A stretch of 61,103 nucleotides of DNA, filler included, from Sphacelaria rigidula (GCA_964200075.2; 4 parts of 4 records of this genome joined end to end with filler, not necessarily neighbours in it), one strand, 5' to 3'; positions 24,830 to 38,700 are shown, counted from the first letter of the whole stretch. Notes: generated by a model not told the origin, from the sequence alone. Translations and numbers: made by a program.

Positions 24830-26400
24830 TGCCATCGCTCTCTACACCGTACCGGGCAGTCTACGCGCCAACTCCAACCATGGCGCTTACACATTCGGCT
24901 CTTTTCCCGCTCATTCGCCGTTCACGGTCGCCACAACGCCCACGCCCCTTTCCCCGGGGAAATGGTACCCGAGTCTCTCCGCATCGGCACAATAACTGGT
25001 CTCACTGCTCACAACGCGTCGGTCTTTTGTGATGCGGGAGGTTGTGCAACACCGTACTGATCCGATCTCGGGGCTGGTGTCACGGTCAAGCTAGGCTCTT
25101 CCGTTCCGTCACCAACGGGGGGTTGTCGCGTCATCGATGCTTAGTTCAAGCAACGGATACAGTACTGGCGGTGACGCATATACGAACAGGATCAGAACAC
25201 TAATAGCGTTCAGGCGAGAAACTCGTGAGACGAACGTCAGCCGTCAAATTGCTTGCCCTGCGATGTATAACATCCAAATCGAAGTAATGTGATTGCACAA
25301 GTGCAGCTTCTTGATGGCTACTATATTTAGCACCAACACGTGTGGACGAGACCCCCTTCTCGCCTGTGACCCTGTACAGTATCGCAACCTTAACAAGTCG
25401 GGTGTACACACATATTTTCCGAAAGTGGGTTACCACTTTGACCTCTAGGGTAGGTCACGAGCTGAAGCGGCATCAGGTTTACTCGAAAAATGTGAGCGTG
25501 GTCCAGATGTACTATCCGCATCGCGGTCCAAGGGGTGTTGGCCATGGTGGAAGCTGATCGCAGGTATCCACGAAGATCTGCAATTTGTCGTTCCACAGCA
25601 CGCACAGTGGCAACATCAGGGCGGGGTGGAAGGGCACGGTTAGTGCTGCGTCCGCCGCGCAAAGGTACGTGAATATCAGCCAACGAAGCATCAACGGGGA
25701 GTCGTGAGCTCACATGGGTCTGATCGGCAGATTTAGGCCGTGAGGATCCCGTCGTTGATGATAATCCTGATAACAGGGCACGTACGTCGTGGACATAAGT
25801 AGTACGATCACTGTGGTGAACAACGTCGTCACCATCCAAATCCAAATCAGAGGGAACATCTGAGGTCGAAAGTTCGTCATCAGGGTCTGCGGACGGTGGG
25901 ACAGAGGCCTGATGCTTCGCACTCCCATCAAAGTGAACATGATCTGAAGACGCCGAATGTTGAACGGCTGTGTGAAACGCGGCCGCAAGCGCTTGTTGGA
26001 GGGCAGTTGTCGCCGGACCATCAGAAATGACAGCCGGTGATGAGCGGAGCAAGTGCTGAAGAGCCGTGCCAAAAGGCAAGTGTTCTGTGGAAGGCTCTCC
26101 AGAGTGGCCAAGACGCGAGGAGGATGTTCGGCGCGAGGGCTGGGGAACAGAAGTGGCCTCACGATGCATGTCGTGTCGTCGCGGGCGTTGTAAGGCATCG
26201 GAACCGTTGTGCGGCGTGCCGGAAACGTCGGAAGGCATGGACGGGTGCCGTTCAACACCGCAGGCGCGGAGTGACTCATTAACCGCGGTGGAAGCCTGGA
26301 GCGGTTTGCGTTTCACAACAGTGGGAACGCGTGGCGACTCATCAGACACGTGGAGCTCCTAGACGGTGTGCGTTTGACAACAAAGCGAGCGCGTAGCGAC
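24830..26400 (-). pseudogene. Degenerate ORF, probably a gag-like relic of an unclassified retroelement
   Basis: 319-codon Ser/Pro-rich open frame 25390-26349 (GTG start just after a stop), continuing downstream with frameshifts. No splice structure or recognisable domain. TE-only contig. Confidence 0.3.
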
Positions 26401-27324
26401 TCGTCGATCATGTTGGCAGTCTTCGACAGATGATGGTCGTGGTCACCAGTACAAGCCAAGTCCCGAGACGTGTAGTCGCCAGAGTGGAGGGCTGAAGCTC
26501 TGTCGGGGTTTACTTCTTCGCGCGTAAGAGAAGTAAGAGTGAATGGTTTAGAAGGAAGCGATAGAAGAAACGCTGACGACGTACAGATTTGTGAGAAGGA
26601 GGGCCAAAGTGGAGGAGTGTTTTTTCCGGTTGAATCATATTAAATTGAAGAGGTAGAAATGGACGCTAGACACGAGAGTACAATAGTCTGGTGTAACAAT
26701 AATAGGTAGCGTAAGCTCGGCAGGAAATTCCAAGTGATTGAGCAATAAAGACTACAACATTTATCAATGTGGGTACACTGAAGTACAGTAAACTGCTTTG
26801 ATAATAACAATCAGCGTAATCTAGGCAATTTTCAAGTACCGAGAAGGTAGACAGCAGAGCAAAAAGATGAAGAATTGAAGCTAGACGCCGAAAAGGGAGG
26901 AACGGCGACAGGAATACGATACCTGTACGGGAGACCGCAGGAAGGCGCCCTGTGCACCTCAGATATAACAGGGGTAGTTCAGTGGTGCACGTAGGACACC
27001 GCACACGGGAGGTGTTGAAAAACACAACTCGAGATCGCGAAGGTAGACACCAAGAGTGGTGTATAGATCTCGTCACCAAAGGGAAGGCGATGCGTAAATA
27101 GTTGTGAAAATCAGTCGAGAAAAAGAATAAAAATGGCGGCAGCGAGGATGCTAAACACTGAATTAAAGTGCAGGGCGCCAAGAGGAAACAGCCGTAAAAG
27201 CCGATTGAAACACTAATGTTGGCGCAGATCAGGCGCCAAACTGAAACGACGAAAGGAGGATACTAAATTTCGGAACAAAGAAAAATAGTATATCGTAAAC
27301 CAAACCAGGTAGTACACCGCCAAG

Positions 27325-27520
27325 GAGGAAAAGGTGGATCACGTAGGGTGCGACCAAAAGGTGATCACGCAGTATAGAACCAAAAGGGAAAATGTGTCAC
27401 GTAGTACACACGCGGAAGGTGAAAAATGTATCACCCAATACACAGACCAAAGATGAAAAGCGCGTCGCGTTATACACAACCCAAAGATGAAAAGTGGATC
27501 GCGTAGTGCACACCCAGCGG
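27325..27520 (+). repeat. Degenerate ~33-bp tandem repeat (about 6 units)
   Basis: Units like aaagatgaaaag(t/c)g(g/c)atc(a/g)cgtagtacacaccc, e.g. 27449-27482 and 27483-27515. Confidence 0.6.
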
Positions 27521-28829
27521 ACAATTGAGAGGCGGGGCTGGGGTGTTGTAGAAACCTGCGGGAGGGTGCGGTGACAGAAGTACAGCACCGATACTAGTGA
27601 GCAATTGTGTTCGGGTAGATTGTCGCTCGGAAAAACATATAATGTGCACTGCAGTACTGCTACACGGTGGAGCGGCAGTTACTACCTACACAGTTGCTGC
27701 ACCGGAAGAAGCGTGTGGGTTTTAAGCGGTGAACCAAAACACTAAAACAATCAGAGTCAAGAGTGAGAGGACACCGCACTATAGACACAGCAGCGGCACG
27801 CAAGTGTCAGCGTCCTGCAAGGATAAAGGTATAGTCGCTTGCGCCGTAAGATAAAAGCGGCGTGTGTTGGGTCTGTCCACTCAAGTATAATGTCAACTGC
27901 CTGCAAGGGGCTACAACAAGCAATCTGACACAGCGCTGGACGGAATATTCGTCGAGCGATGTGGGGCAGGAGAACAATGACAATAGAGCAAGGGCACTAC
28001 AGATCAAGAGTGCGGCTCAGCAAAAGAAGCGACCAAAGCAGGAGAAGGACAAAGGACAGAGTGTGCCAGCGGTGGAGGCAGGAACATGCGACCGAACAAA
28101 TAAAGAAAAACAGCGCTGTGACACAGCAAAAATGAAAGCACTCTAAAAGCTAAATGAAATTCAGGGACTGTGAAGACTGCTACAAAAAAGAAGGGGAAAT
28201 TACAGGATCGACCAAAAGCGAGGAGCAGCAAACGAGGGCTACAGGAAGAGACAGCTAAACAAGGCAACGAGGCTACAAGAAAACTAGTGAAAGACTACTG
28301 AAAAACCTAGCAAGACACGGCCAATTAAGTCAACGCCAGTGTAATATGGGCGGCTCAACACACCTTCCTAGATGGGTGTTTATCACTGTTCTGCAAGCTT
28401 GGTGAAATGCACAAGGTGCAATGTGTCCGAGCAGAACAAGCTGCAGATATGTGTTTCACACACAGGTTCTCGTGATTGTCGGTCAACAGTAGCAAATAAA
28501 CAAAAGAGCTCGGAGGCTTGGTATCTTGCTGTTCTCGCTTATTATTCTCTTGCTCGCCTAGCGCACTGTTCTCACCGGAGGTAAGCAGTAGATGTATATG
28601 GTCCAGCTCAGAGAGTGATCGAGGGTGCAAGCAACATAACCTCTCTGACCTAGGCCCGAGAAGGCGTTCCTCCTCCTCGGGGCTAGGGTACGCAAGTCTG
28701 CATGCCAACCTTCCCCAAAACTATGGGAGTACTCCCATGAACAGATCGAATGATCTGTAAGTCAACCTGCCCCATAACTGTCTGAAGGAACCAATAACGC
28801 CTCTCTATCTTCCTTCCTCATGACATCAA

Positions 28830-28927
28830 CCCTTTGATGGCGAGAGTAGGTCTCGTGTTGAATCGGCATCAATTTATCTTGGAAGATATATGCATTATCC
28901 AGATGGACTACCCTGGAGGTCTAAGGG
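28830..28927 (+). mobile_element. Diverged copy of the 98-bp piggyBac-like MITE
   Basis: tcaa|ccctttgatggcgagag...gttgaatcggcatcaattt...tatgcattatccaga...ggtctaaggg shares core and length with 10356-10453. Confidence 0.7.
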
Positions 28928-28940
28928 CTCGGGTTATCTT

Positions 28941-29150
28941 GATTTGATTTGATTTGATTTGATTTGATTTACTGTCGTACTTTAACTGACCCCCGACGGA
29001 TCCAGCAGCCGTGGTCACACCATAGACGTACCCAAGTCATATTCGGGACGAGTCCGTGGTCTCAAGGGATCAACCCATCCCTCCTCCGGTACACGCTTTG
29101 CATTGACGGTGTAGCGGATTGGGTCACCACGCCCGCACCGCGTTAACTCC
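28941..29150 (-). mobile_element. 3' end of a non-LTR retrotransposon with (AAATC)6 tail
   Basis: (GATTT)6 at 28941-28970 is followed by actgtcgtactttaactgacccc..ccagcagccgtggtc..acgtacccaag; the same tail occurs at 9076-9170. Short tandem-repeat tails are typical of RTE-type LINEs/SINEs. Confidence 0.6.
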
Positions 29151-29251
29151 CGTCGAATAATGCACACCCTAGATCAAAAAGTGTACTGCGTGTAATGTAG
29201 ACTATCGCACCTATTGTAACAAGCATTCTAAGGTTGTGTTCTGTATAAGAT

Positions 29252-29755
29252 ACGGGTACGTTCTGTAGGGTATAAGAATCCTCACAGAACTTACAGAACT
29301 GTCGGGTACCGGTATGAAAGTCTTACAGAAATTATAGAACGTGTCGAGTGCAGTATGGGAGGCTTACAGAAAACCGGTACCGGCAATCGGGTAGTAACTC
29401 TTATAGGGCATATACCCGCCCCTCGGGTTAGGGTGAAGTTTCGGTACAGAACTCACAGAACTGTCGGGTAAGAGTATGGGAGACTTACAGAATTCACAGA
29501 AACTGTCGGGTAGGGTATGGAGGTTGCACACAAAACCGTACCCGCACGCGGGTATCTTATCAAGAGCATACCCGTGCCCCCCGGTAACGGTACGGGAGGT
29601 TATAGAACTCACAAAACTATCGAGTACGGATATGAAGGTCTTACAGACATTACAGAACTGTCGGGTATCTGTATGGAAATCTTACAGAGTTTACATAACT
29701 GTCGGGTACGGTAAATACCCGTCAAAATATCCCGGTATACAGAAAGCCGTACCCT
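29252..29755. mobile_element. MITE-like element with internal tandem subrepeats (cttacagaa..tacagaactgtcgggta)
   Basis: About 6 degenerate copies of cagaactgtcgggta. Ends gggtacg-ttctgta and tacagaaagccgtaccc are imperfect inverted repeats. Confidence 0.6.
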
Positions 29756-30506
29756 AAAAAACACGACCTTGGTGTATTATCATCACCCCTGCGGTGGGAC
29801 CTACGTCACTACAACAGTGAGAAAATACAGATGACAGTTCACGAAAACTCTGAACGGCCTTCACGGGGTTGATAGAGAAAGAAAACACGCGCAACCGCAA
29901 TAGTACATGGATCGTCAACATCAATCGGTTTCACGTACACACACTCTCTCTCAGAGAGAACATGAAGGAGCACTCACGGCTGCCAGTTCTCTGAAAGCCC
30001 TTCGGCACGCGAAAAAATCGCCGACGGCCTTGACTTTGGCAGCTCATATACTCTGTGCTGTACATGTCGATAACGGCCTGGAGTTTGATGACCACGACGC
30101 AACCACCACCAACATCGATGACGTGCGTCCTACTACTTGATCCTTTGGCGGCGCGGATGAACCGCCTCCGCTCGAGCCACTACTCGCGAGTCTGGGGATG
30201 ATCCATCCCGACGGTCTGCAGGGCTGATTATGTTTCGTGTTTTCACTCAGCGGTACGTCGCGTCCCGTCAGATCCCGAACTGAAGAACTTTTCAACACTG
30301 AATGATTGTTGGTGTGCAGTTTTGAATGAAGGGGTTATTGGGTGGGTTGACCGCGATCGGAGGTACATGTTCAGGCCATGAGATTGTGTTTGGATTGAAC
30401 CTAATACTATATACGTACCTCCCCAAGGTATATACTGGTTGGACACCCATGAGGCAGTGAATAAGCTGTGGCTGTCTCTGGAAGTGGCGATACCAGACAA
30501 TAAAGC

Positions 30507-30606
30507 NNNNNNNNNNNNNNNNNNNNNNNNNNNNNNNNNNNNNNNNNNNNTTAATTAATTAANNNNNNNNNNNNNNNNNNNNNNNNNNNNNNNNNNNNNN
30601 NNNNNN
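30507..30606. other. Artificial contig-join linker
   Basis: 44N-TTAATTAATTAA-44N. Confidence 0.95.
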
Positions 30607-30626
30607 AACCAACCTACATAGAGAGT

Positions 30627-32375
30627 GTCTTACAGCACTCGTCATGGACCCTGCCCTGTTTTGTTCTCATGGGGATAAGGGGTGAGGGCCATCACGCTAC
30701 TGGCGAGCGAAGGACAATAAAGCAAAACGCTGACTACCCGCGAGCACCAGCGACAGCAGTGATGATGCCAGCCAAGCCATCACTACAAACAAGGTTTTTG
30801 TGAGATTTAGAGTAGAGGATACGATTGAGAGTGAAAAGCGGTCAATCTAGTGGATTACCCTTTTCAGTTCCGAAATGCCCCTCTACGAGAGGCCCAGCAT
30901 GCCTCCTGTAGCAGCTTGCCACTGAGGCCCTTGATATCCCTGGGTAGGATATTGACGTGTAGCTCTAAGCACACGCCAATGATGGAGGGGAGAAAGAGTG
31001 CACACGGAAATGAATAGTTGGCTGAGTTGAAGCGAATGAATGAAGCCACTCCCGCGCTCTACTCTCAATCTCACGAAAACGTTTACAGCCAATGCATACA
31101 CTACAGTAATGTTGTGTGTACTCTTGTCCGTGCTTTCCTTTCAGCCAAGTAGTACCGTGCAGTGAACAGCACAACCGTCACTTCTGCAGGCAGTTATTAG
31201 TACAGCAAGGCGATGTTCGATTTGATCGTCTTCCGTCACGCAGCCCACCATGTATTGCTCAGGCGATGTATCACAAAAGTAGTACAGTTGGTGCGGACCG
31301 TACACCACGACACGACAGCAGAGTGCTGCGTCTATCTCGCGCGTCCCAGAATTTGAAATTATGCCTGCACACCTCATAGAAAACGATGAGCACTGCATTT
31401 TCAATTTTGACAGAGCGTCGATTACCTGAGGAAGGGTACTTTGAAGAATTATGTGGAAAATCGCGCTGTTGAGAAACGGCTTTTTTTGACTACGTGTTTT
31501 TCATAAATACGAAGTAGCCTTGAATGTGATCGAGATGATCATGATGCTTCGTATGATTGTGACGTGTGGTGGGGAGAGCGCGAAATTTTTGCATTAGTAT
31601 CATATACCTATACCATGGTCATTCAAACTCACTCGTGTTTATTGAAGCGCCATGTTCCAGGATTTTTAAATTTATTGCAAACTTGAAATTTCACCACTAC
31701 ATCTGGCGTGTTCATGACATGTCATGTAACGTATAACGTAACATATAACGCTACGTGTAACGTGTAACGTCTAATGCACGTGTAACGTGTAAGAGACGTT
31801 ACACGTTACATGAAACATTTCATATTACGTGATTTAAACGTTTGGGCAATTAAACGTTCACGTTACGTTACGTATGTCACGTTAAATAGAATAACGTTAC
31901 GTTAACGTTCCATTTGAATTTTAACGTTACTTTCACGTTACGTTCATCACGTAAAACAAATTTAACGTTCACGTTACGTTTCGGTCAAAACGTAACGTGA
32001 ACGTAACGTGTAACGCTGTGGCACGTGTAACGTGTAGACCCCTGGATTTTTTGGATGGGACAAGTGTGACGTAACGTGATGTAACATGTGGTCCTTTGAA
32101 TGAACCCTAACGTAGCGTTTCACTTTCCAACTATGACGGAAACTCTGCATGTTTTCGTGAATTTGTAACGTGTCACGTGTCACGTTAAAAAATCACAAGA
32201 ACAGCCTTTTTTCAAATCTGGAAAATTCCAAGAGACACTACTTCAAGGCCCACATATTACATTACGTCACGTTACATATGTGCCGTCCAAAAAATCAAAC
32301 CTTACGTGGCGCTAAATGGCCCAAAGTTACGTTGTTCCCGGTCTCTTCGAAGAAAGTGACACGCGTGTAACGTGT
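30627..32375 (+). mobile_element. Non-autonomous element with ACGT-motif-rich region; inverted-orientation copy at ~58890-59950
   Basis: 30630-30787 is the reverse complement of ~59790-59942, and 31085-31980 of ~58900-59790. Dense (gtt)acacgttac/aacgt motifs at 31715-32375. Confidence 0.8.
30788..31084. mobile_element. ~295-bp MITE with ~27-bp TIRs nested in the element above
   Basis: aaggtttttgtgagatttagagtagag versus ctctactctcaatctcacgaaaacgtt. Absent from the sister copy, which reads ...gccatcattacagccaatgca uninterrupted. Confidence 0.75.
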
Positions 32376-35300
32376 ATATCCGTGTTTTCCCCCCAAATTC
32401 ACGGAATCCTCTATTTGGTCCTGGAATATGTTTGAACGATATGTGTCATTTCAGTCTGCCGCTTCTTATAATGGAACAGTTATTAGGGGAATTAATCTCC
32501 AATATGCAGAGGCCCCAATATGCATGCAAACGGGGTGACTCAGACTTGCGAAATTTAAGTTTGCAGCGGCTCCATTATGGCTTCACAAATTTGTTGACAT
32601 AATTCTGCATACGGAGAGTCATCTTCCGAAGCGGTGGGGTATCGCTAACGAGTGTAGCCGAAGGACAGGCGGGCAGTGAATCATCCCTCAGGTGCAGTGC
32701 CGTACCGTGGTACCCTAAGGCGGTGCGGTGTAGTATACTCCATCCTCACGATATACACTAATACCGTGCGGTAATATTCCCAAGCTCCGATATGAGATTG
32801 GGTCTCTATCAGCGAAACGAGGGTGAGTTTGTCGATCTATTGACGTAAATCACCCCTGAATCGATTGACTCTATCAGCTGATCTTAGTCCACCGTGCGAA
32901 TTTCGCGCCACTCGATGCATCTCCGCGTAGGCAAGATGATTTTGTATGCTCTCCGAATCCTTTGAGCAGGTATCGTCTCATGCGGCATGCGGAGGTCGAT
33001 GTTGCGCTTTCAAGCGACAGGAGAAGAGTCGAATCTCCCGCAGACCCGAAAGTAATCACAATCCTGTTACGGTAATTTTTTAAACCGATGGGTGGCCCCT
33101 TGATTGATCGATTCTCAAAAGCCGATCTCAGCCCACAGAACGAACCTCGCGCTGTTTGATACATTTCTGTGTAGGCAAGATGATCTCGTGAGCTCTTATA
33201 TGTCTTTCAAGCAGCTATTGTCTCCTGCTGCACGCGAAAAGCGATTTTGCGCTCTCACGGAATTTGCCGTAGATACTAAATAACTATGAACGTGATAGGG
33301 TGGGTGTACTCATGATCATGCATGCCATAGTCATTAGACCATTGAACCTGATTGGGGTGGATTATTCCACCCTGCGATTCGCAGTTCAACCTTCAAGCCC
33401 ACCTGCCGCGGGTCTTACATCCAATACAACCCCATCACGGATCGCCTGGCCGGCACCTACGTTTTCCGCAGCCCTTCAGGACGGCCAGAGACGGTAGATA
33501 CTCACCCACTACACGCTTGGCAACCCTTCGGGCTGCTTAAATATATCTTGTGGCATAAAATTGGTAATGAATAGTTTTGCACCTCAACACCAGCACCCGA
33601 GGAAGACACAATGGCTGCGCAGCCATCACGTAATTCTTTCAACTTTGTATAGAGGGACAACACCGTGTTCCTACTCCAGTCCCGTACAGACCGGAACACA
33701 GCAGCAGTACAGTAGCTCAGGCAATGCCCGCCGCAAATCGAACCGTCCTCGCATTATTCGAACGCTTCACAGGATACCGTCTTGCTCCTCTTGTTCATTT
33801 TCTACTTTCTGTCAAAACGAGTGCACTTAACCTGCGCAATAAAGTTGCTCCAACAGCTAGCGAAGGTAGGCACGGTCCGTGCTGTCACGAGACTGTCTGC
33901 TGCTGCGGTTCAATCGGATCTGACGCCGCTTTCGTGCACATTGGGGGGGGCTCAAGTTACCAATCGCGTGAAAATCGAGGAATCCCAATCTGAGCTCCCT
34001 CAATCCGGGTCATATATGCGCCTGTGATGAGCGAAATTCAAATCTGACCGATCTTAATCTGCGCACAAATTCAGCTTTGTGCCACCACAAAAATAGATTT
34101 TGGTCGCCCCTTCGATTGACAAAACTGGAACAATAATACCGCCCAACCTTCGACGCCGATCGCTCCGGGGCTGTTGCTCACCAGCTCTTCTCTTCTTGCA
34201 GAAACTACCTCCAACGCCTAGGTGTCGCGTGTTCCATGGTACCTGACTTCCCTACTCTCGCTCAGTGTTGAACCTTTTGTCACAGAACAGTATCTAAGGC
34301 TGACGGTCCGAGGGTATCATGAGAGTGCTTTCTCGTTCGAAGCGTGGGGGTGTGGGTTTCCGGATCATCGAAGGGAACTTCCTCAATCAAATATAGGTCG
34401 GGTAACAAGCCTGATGGAAGTGGGCTCGCCATTTTGATACAGTAGGTTTGATGGGTCAATTGATGTACTCGTACTCTTATGTTCAATGTTCCCCTGTTAG
34501 TACAAATCGCCGGACATCGCCCACCTGGCGGCACAGCTGCATGATAGATTGTGCGACGACCAGTCAACCACTGGAAGACACAAAAAAGAGGGGTACCTTT
34601 TGGTGTTCGCGCAGTCTTCGCACGCTGCCTGCCCCCGCTTGTGTTGCTTTTGTCGTCAAGGCAGCTGCACATCATCGTTGCATACCGCTACGCGGCGAAA
34701 TGGAAACGAGGGTCCAGGTGTTAAAAGGTTCAGCGGTTGCTTGTCACATTACCCGCCGATAACGCTTGTCAATGCTTCAGACCTATCCATAGTATAGCGC
34801 AGTCGCCATGAACCGGTGCCCGTTGTACAGCACTTCATGAGCACTCTAATGCACTACACGTATACCTACACCACTCGAATGCCAAGTGCCAGCTGGTGCG
34901 AGTACTTGATGGTGCAAAGCGCGTACTCGTGTCTCTATGCTGTAGTGTACGTGAACTACGAACACATGAGAGATTTGGCCTTGAAACGGACTGCTGATGT
35001 ACTGTGGTACTCTTGAATACCAGGAGCTGCGGCCTTCCGCAAGAGCCTCCAAGTGACCTTGCGCTCCCTCTAACGTAGCCCAGACAGTTTTTGTAACGAT
35101 AATCACCGATCCCCTTCCGTGTTCGATACGGAGTACCGGCACAGCATTTTCAAGAATTGATAACACAGGGTTCTTATTTTTCTCTCCTCCTCTTCTCTCC
35201 CTGTTTTTTTGTCCTTCCTCTCCTCTCCCCCCCCCTGCATTTTTTCTCTGTTTTGTTTCTAGTTGATGTCGAGTTTACTCCGTTTTTATTCTCTACTTCT

Positions 35301-35759
35301 TCCTTTCTCGAGTTTCGCCTAGCGAGTTGATCTGTGTCGTTACCTTGAGCACGCCTATCTTGTGAATACGACAGGGTTCCTCGCAGATGAGTTAATGTTA
35401 ATGCGCGACAGCCAATGAATCATTTAAATCAAAGCGACCAATCGATAGAGGGGCTATCCAAAGTTACTCATGTGTCGTGCCTCTTGACAACCTTCAAACA
35501 GCAGATACGCACCAGCCGACGGCCCACGGGCACAATATTCGCGGTCTCATCACCGAAGAAGTATTTGCATCATGTACTCGGGAACGTCCCAGGACAGCGG
35601 GGCCTGCCCGTGGCCGTGAGCGGCGTCGTAGTGGTCACAGTGACTTGTCTGCTCGCCTCGATCAACAGCGACAATCTCCCCGCCAGTGCTTTGGGTACTG
35701 ACTCCAAGATCGAAGTCGACGCTGTTGCACAAGATGGGAACGAAGTTTGCAGCGGAGCC

Positions 35760-38700
35760 ATGAGAGGAACCACCACATCCGACGAGCGACGGGCGGGCTA
35801 CATTGAGAACGCCCAGTTGGTGGCGACGGCTCACGAACTTCGGCGTTCGCTTGATCCACCACACCAGAGCTTGTTCCGTGTGGTGTGCATCCTGCTGTAC
35901 GAGGACGTGTCGGGAAAGATGCGTCGAATCACTGGCGAGTAAATACCTCCTCACCATTACAGCTAATCGTTCCGATATTAGTGTGAACGGCTTCGTGGGG
36001 ATGGTTTCGGTAGTGTGAAGTAGTGTGAAGTGATATCGAGAGGATAACGCCGCCTCGTTTTTCTCGCTTCATCTCGGGTGCTGCTTCCGTGCCTGACATT
36101 ACCTGCTTCGCTGACCTATGGAGGTGCGTGCGAGAGTTAGACAGCACCGTCTTCGGTATTTTCTTGAAACCATAAAAATCTCGCGGCTTGAGTGAGTACA
36201 GGCGTGCCCCAGCGGGCAGTGTCAACGCGTGTAATATCTTAGCGATGCACGGATCGCATAAAATTACCCCAAGACTACAGTACTCGAAGAGCGAGGTGTT
36301 ATGAGAGCGTGGGCTTTTCATCGGTCGTGGGCAAACATTTGGTCTCTTCCTTTTTACCCAAGCTTCCGCTGGATGATTGGGTCGTTCTCTGTGCTTGTGT
36401 CGTATCAGGGACAAACTGCGAGCCTAGCACTATCGGGGGATCTATATGTGCGGAGCGTGCGGCCATGTGCAAGCTGCGCGAAGTGACTGATTGCAAGCTC
36501 GTGACGAAGGTGGTTGTCGTGACGGATAGTCCTCGACCGCTACCTCCTGGTACGCACGTATGTATGTTGAGGGAGCTTTTGACGCCACGATATAGTGTTC
36601 CAGTTATACAGTGTTGGGCACGATACGAGGAGAAGTCGCCGCCATACAAGATGTACAAGTTGCTGACCGTGCTGACGTTCGAGTGTAAGGTTTCATGCTT
36701 TTTTCATACGGTATACACTACTTGTATCCCCCCCCCCCCCCGCGCACCGCGCGCGCGCCTTGGATATCCGATAGCCAGCAGATATTTGTTCCGCTTAACA
36801 CACGCAATGGGTTTGGCGTTGAGCACCCAAGTTCTGCCTCGTGATCAGCACACGTAAACACAAAAATGACCCTCCCTTTCATCAGACGCATCTACATGTA
36901 GCAAAGACATGCCTCGCTCTGACCTAATCCCTACTTGCAAATTCCGTGCTGGCACGTTGGGGACGAGTATTCCGCCAACAACGATAATATAGGCCATAGC
37001 ACATGACCACCGCGACTAGCTTACAGTTCAGTGCGGTTCGCCTTCTCTTGTGCTCGTGCCTCGTACGTCTCCTTCTCGATTAATGAAAGACCTTCTGGGA
37101 ATGACCATCGCGTTTACTGTACACACGTTGAAGCACCCCAACGCACTGAGCGTTCGTTGCTCTTTGGCCCCGAAAGACTTCGTAGTGGCTGAGCCCTTTG
37201 ATCGCGAGGGTAAGTCATCTGGTCATGTAGTCATTTTTCAAGCGACATTGATGCTGATTCAAAAGATTGACTATGCTCGCGGTCAAAGGGTTGAGGTTGC
37301 AAAATGTACACGAAATCCATGGCTGTGCCAACCCATCTGCTTGCCTGCATTTTTGTCAAATACAACCGCGCCCTGAAGGCGTGTTGTGCAGGGAGTTTCT
37401 CTCGGCACACCTGCCCCCGTGTACTCCGGTCATCATGGCTGGATCCGGGGATGATACTCTCCTGTCTGACGCAGGAGGCTTCGAGTACGACAAACACGAT
37501 TCCCAGTCCCCGAGTGTCGTCAACACCGATCTTGACGCGAAGTACCATGCAAGAACCAGTGAAGCGGAAGTGGCTCAGTCTACGTGCAATTGTGCGAAAG
37601 AGGAACGGTCGGACGAAGGCGCCGGACAGCCAAGAGGTACCGTGCCCCCGCGCGGGGGCTCGGGATGCATTGACATGACCACTGTCGGCCAGTTGTACCC
37701 TTGGAGAAATCTGTACGGCTTGACCCCGCGAGGGGACCAGCTCAGACTCGGCTTCGTCAGACAACAGGTACGGAATTGTGCGTGTAGATCTTGTGACCTG
37801 CGCACTACCGTGCAGTGCTCTTCGAATTCATTACAGTGGAGAGAAAGAGGTGCACACGAAGCATGATTACATGATCACATGATTACACATGTGATTCGTT
37901 GCGGTAGGAGAGACAAACCATGAATTCGCCCGCGTGGCAACATAATGTCTAGGGAACATGAAGTACCGTTCCACTTGAAGCGTGCTCTCCTCATACCCCC
38001 TGGCGGTTGCTGTTGTTTTCAGCTGTGAAGCACTGCATTGTGCCGGGCGTTATCATGCGATATCATGTGCTATTCCGTTTCGTGGAAACTTCAGTGTCGC
38101 CTCGGTGGTCTGCTGCCTTCCGTCTACCTGCTATCTAGGCGTCCCAGAATCTTTCTAAGGCTGGAGTGGCGGAATCGTTAGGACTGGATAACGCGACGGT
38201 GGATGCATACGACAAAACCCAGAAAGCAACAGAGGATGACAATCAGGATGGAGTACATCCGATCAGGTTTCCTCAATCAACTGCTTTCACGTTATTTTGA
38301 ATTAAACCACCATTCCACCTGAGAGTTTGCACTTGGTGGATCACAACGGATTCGGTGTCTTGCTGTATCTTGCTGTATCCGTCGCTTTCACTCCCAGCTT
38401 TTCTCATGAAAAAACGGCCGCTGATCCAAGCACTAAACCACTGCAGCACTAAACTATCCCTGCTGTGCCCTACGCCCGTTTATAGGCTCACCTCCCACAG
38501 ATAGGGGTAACTCAAAGTGATGAACAGATTTTCGCGCGAAGCGCGATTATTGCTGAGCGTTTAGAAGTCGGCACTCGACAAAAATTGAGGACCCGTCTGA
38601 AATCAGGGGAACTTTCACATGGGGCGTGTCCTGTTTCACTGTGCTGCAGCACAAACACACTCGCCCTCCCTCATGTGCAGTAGCTGTCACTGCGCTGTGG

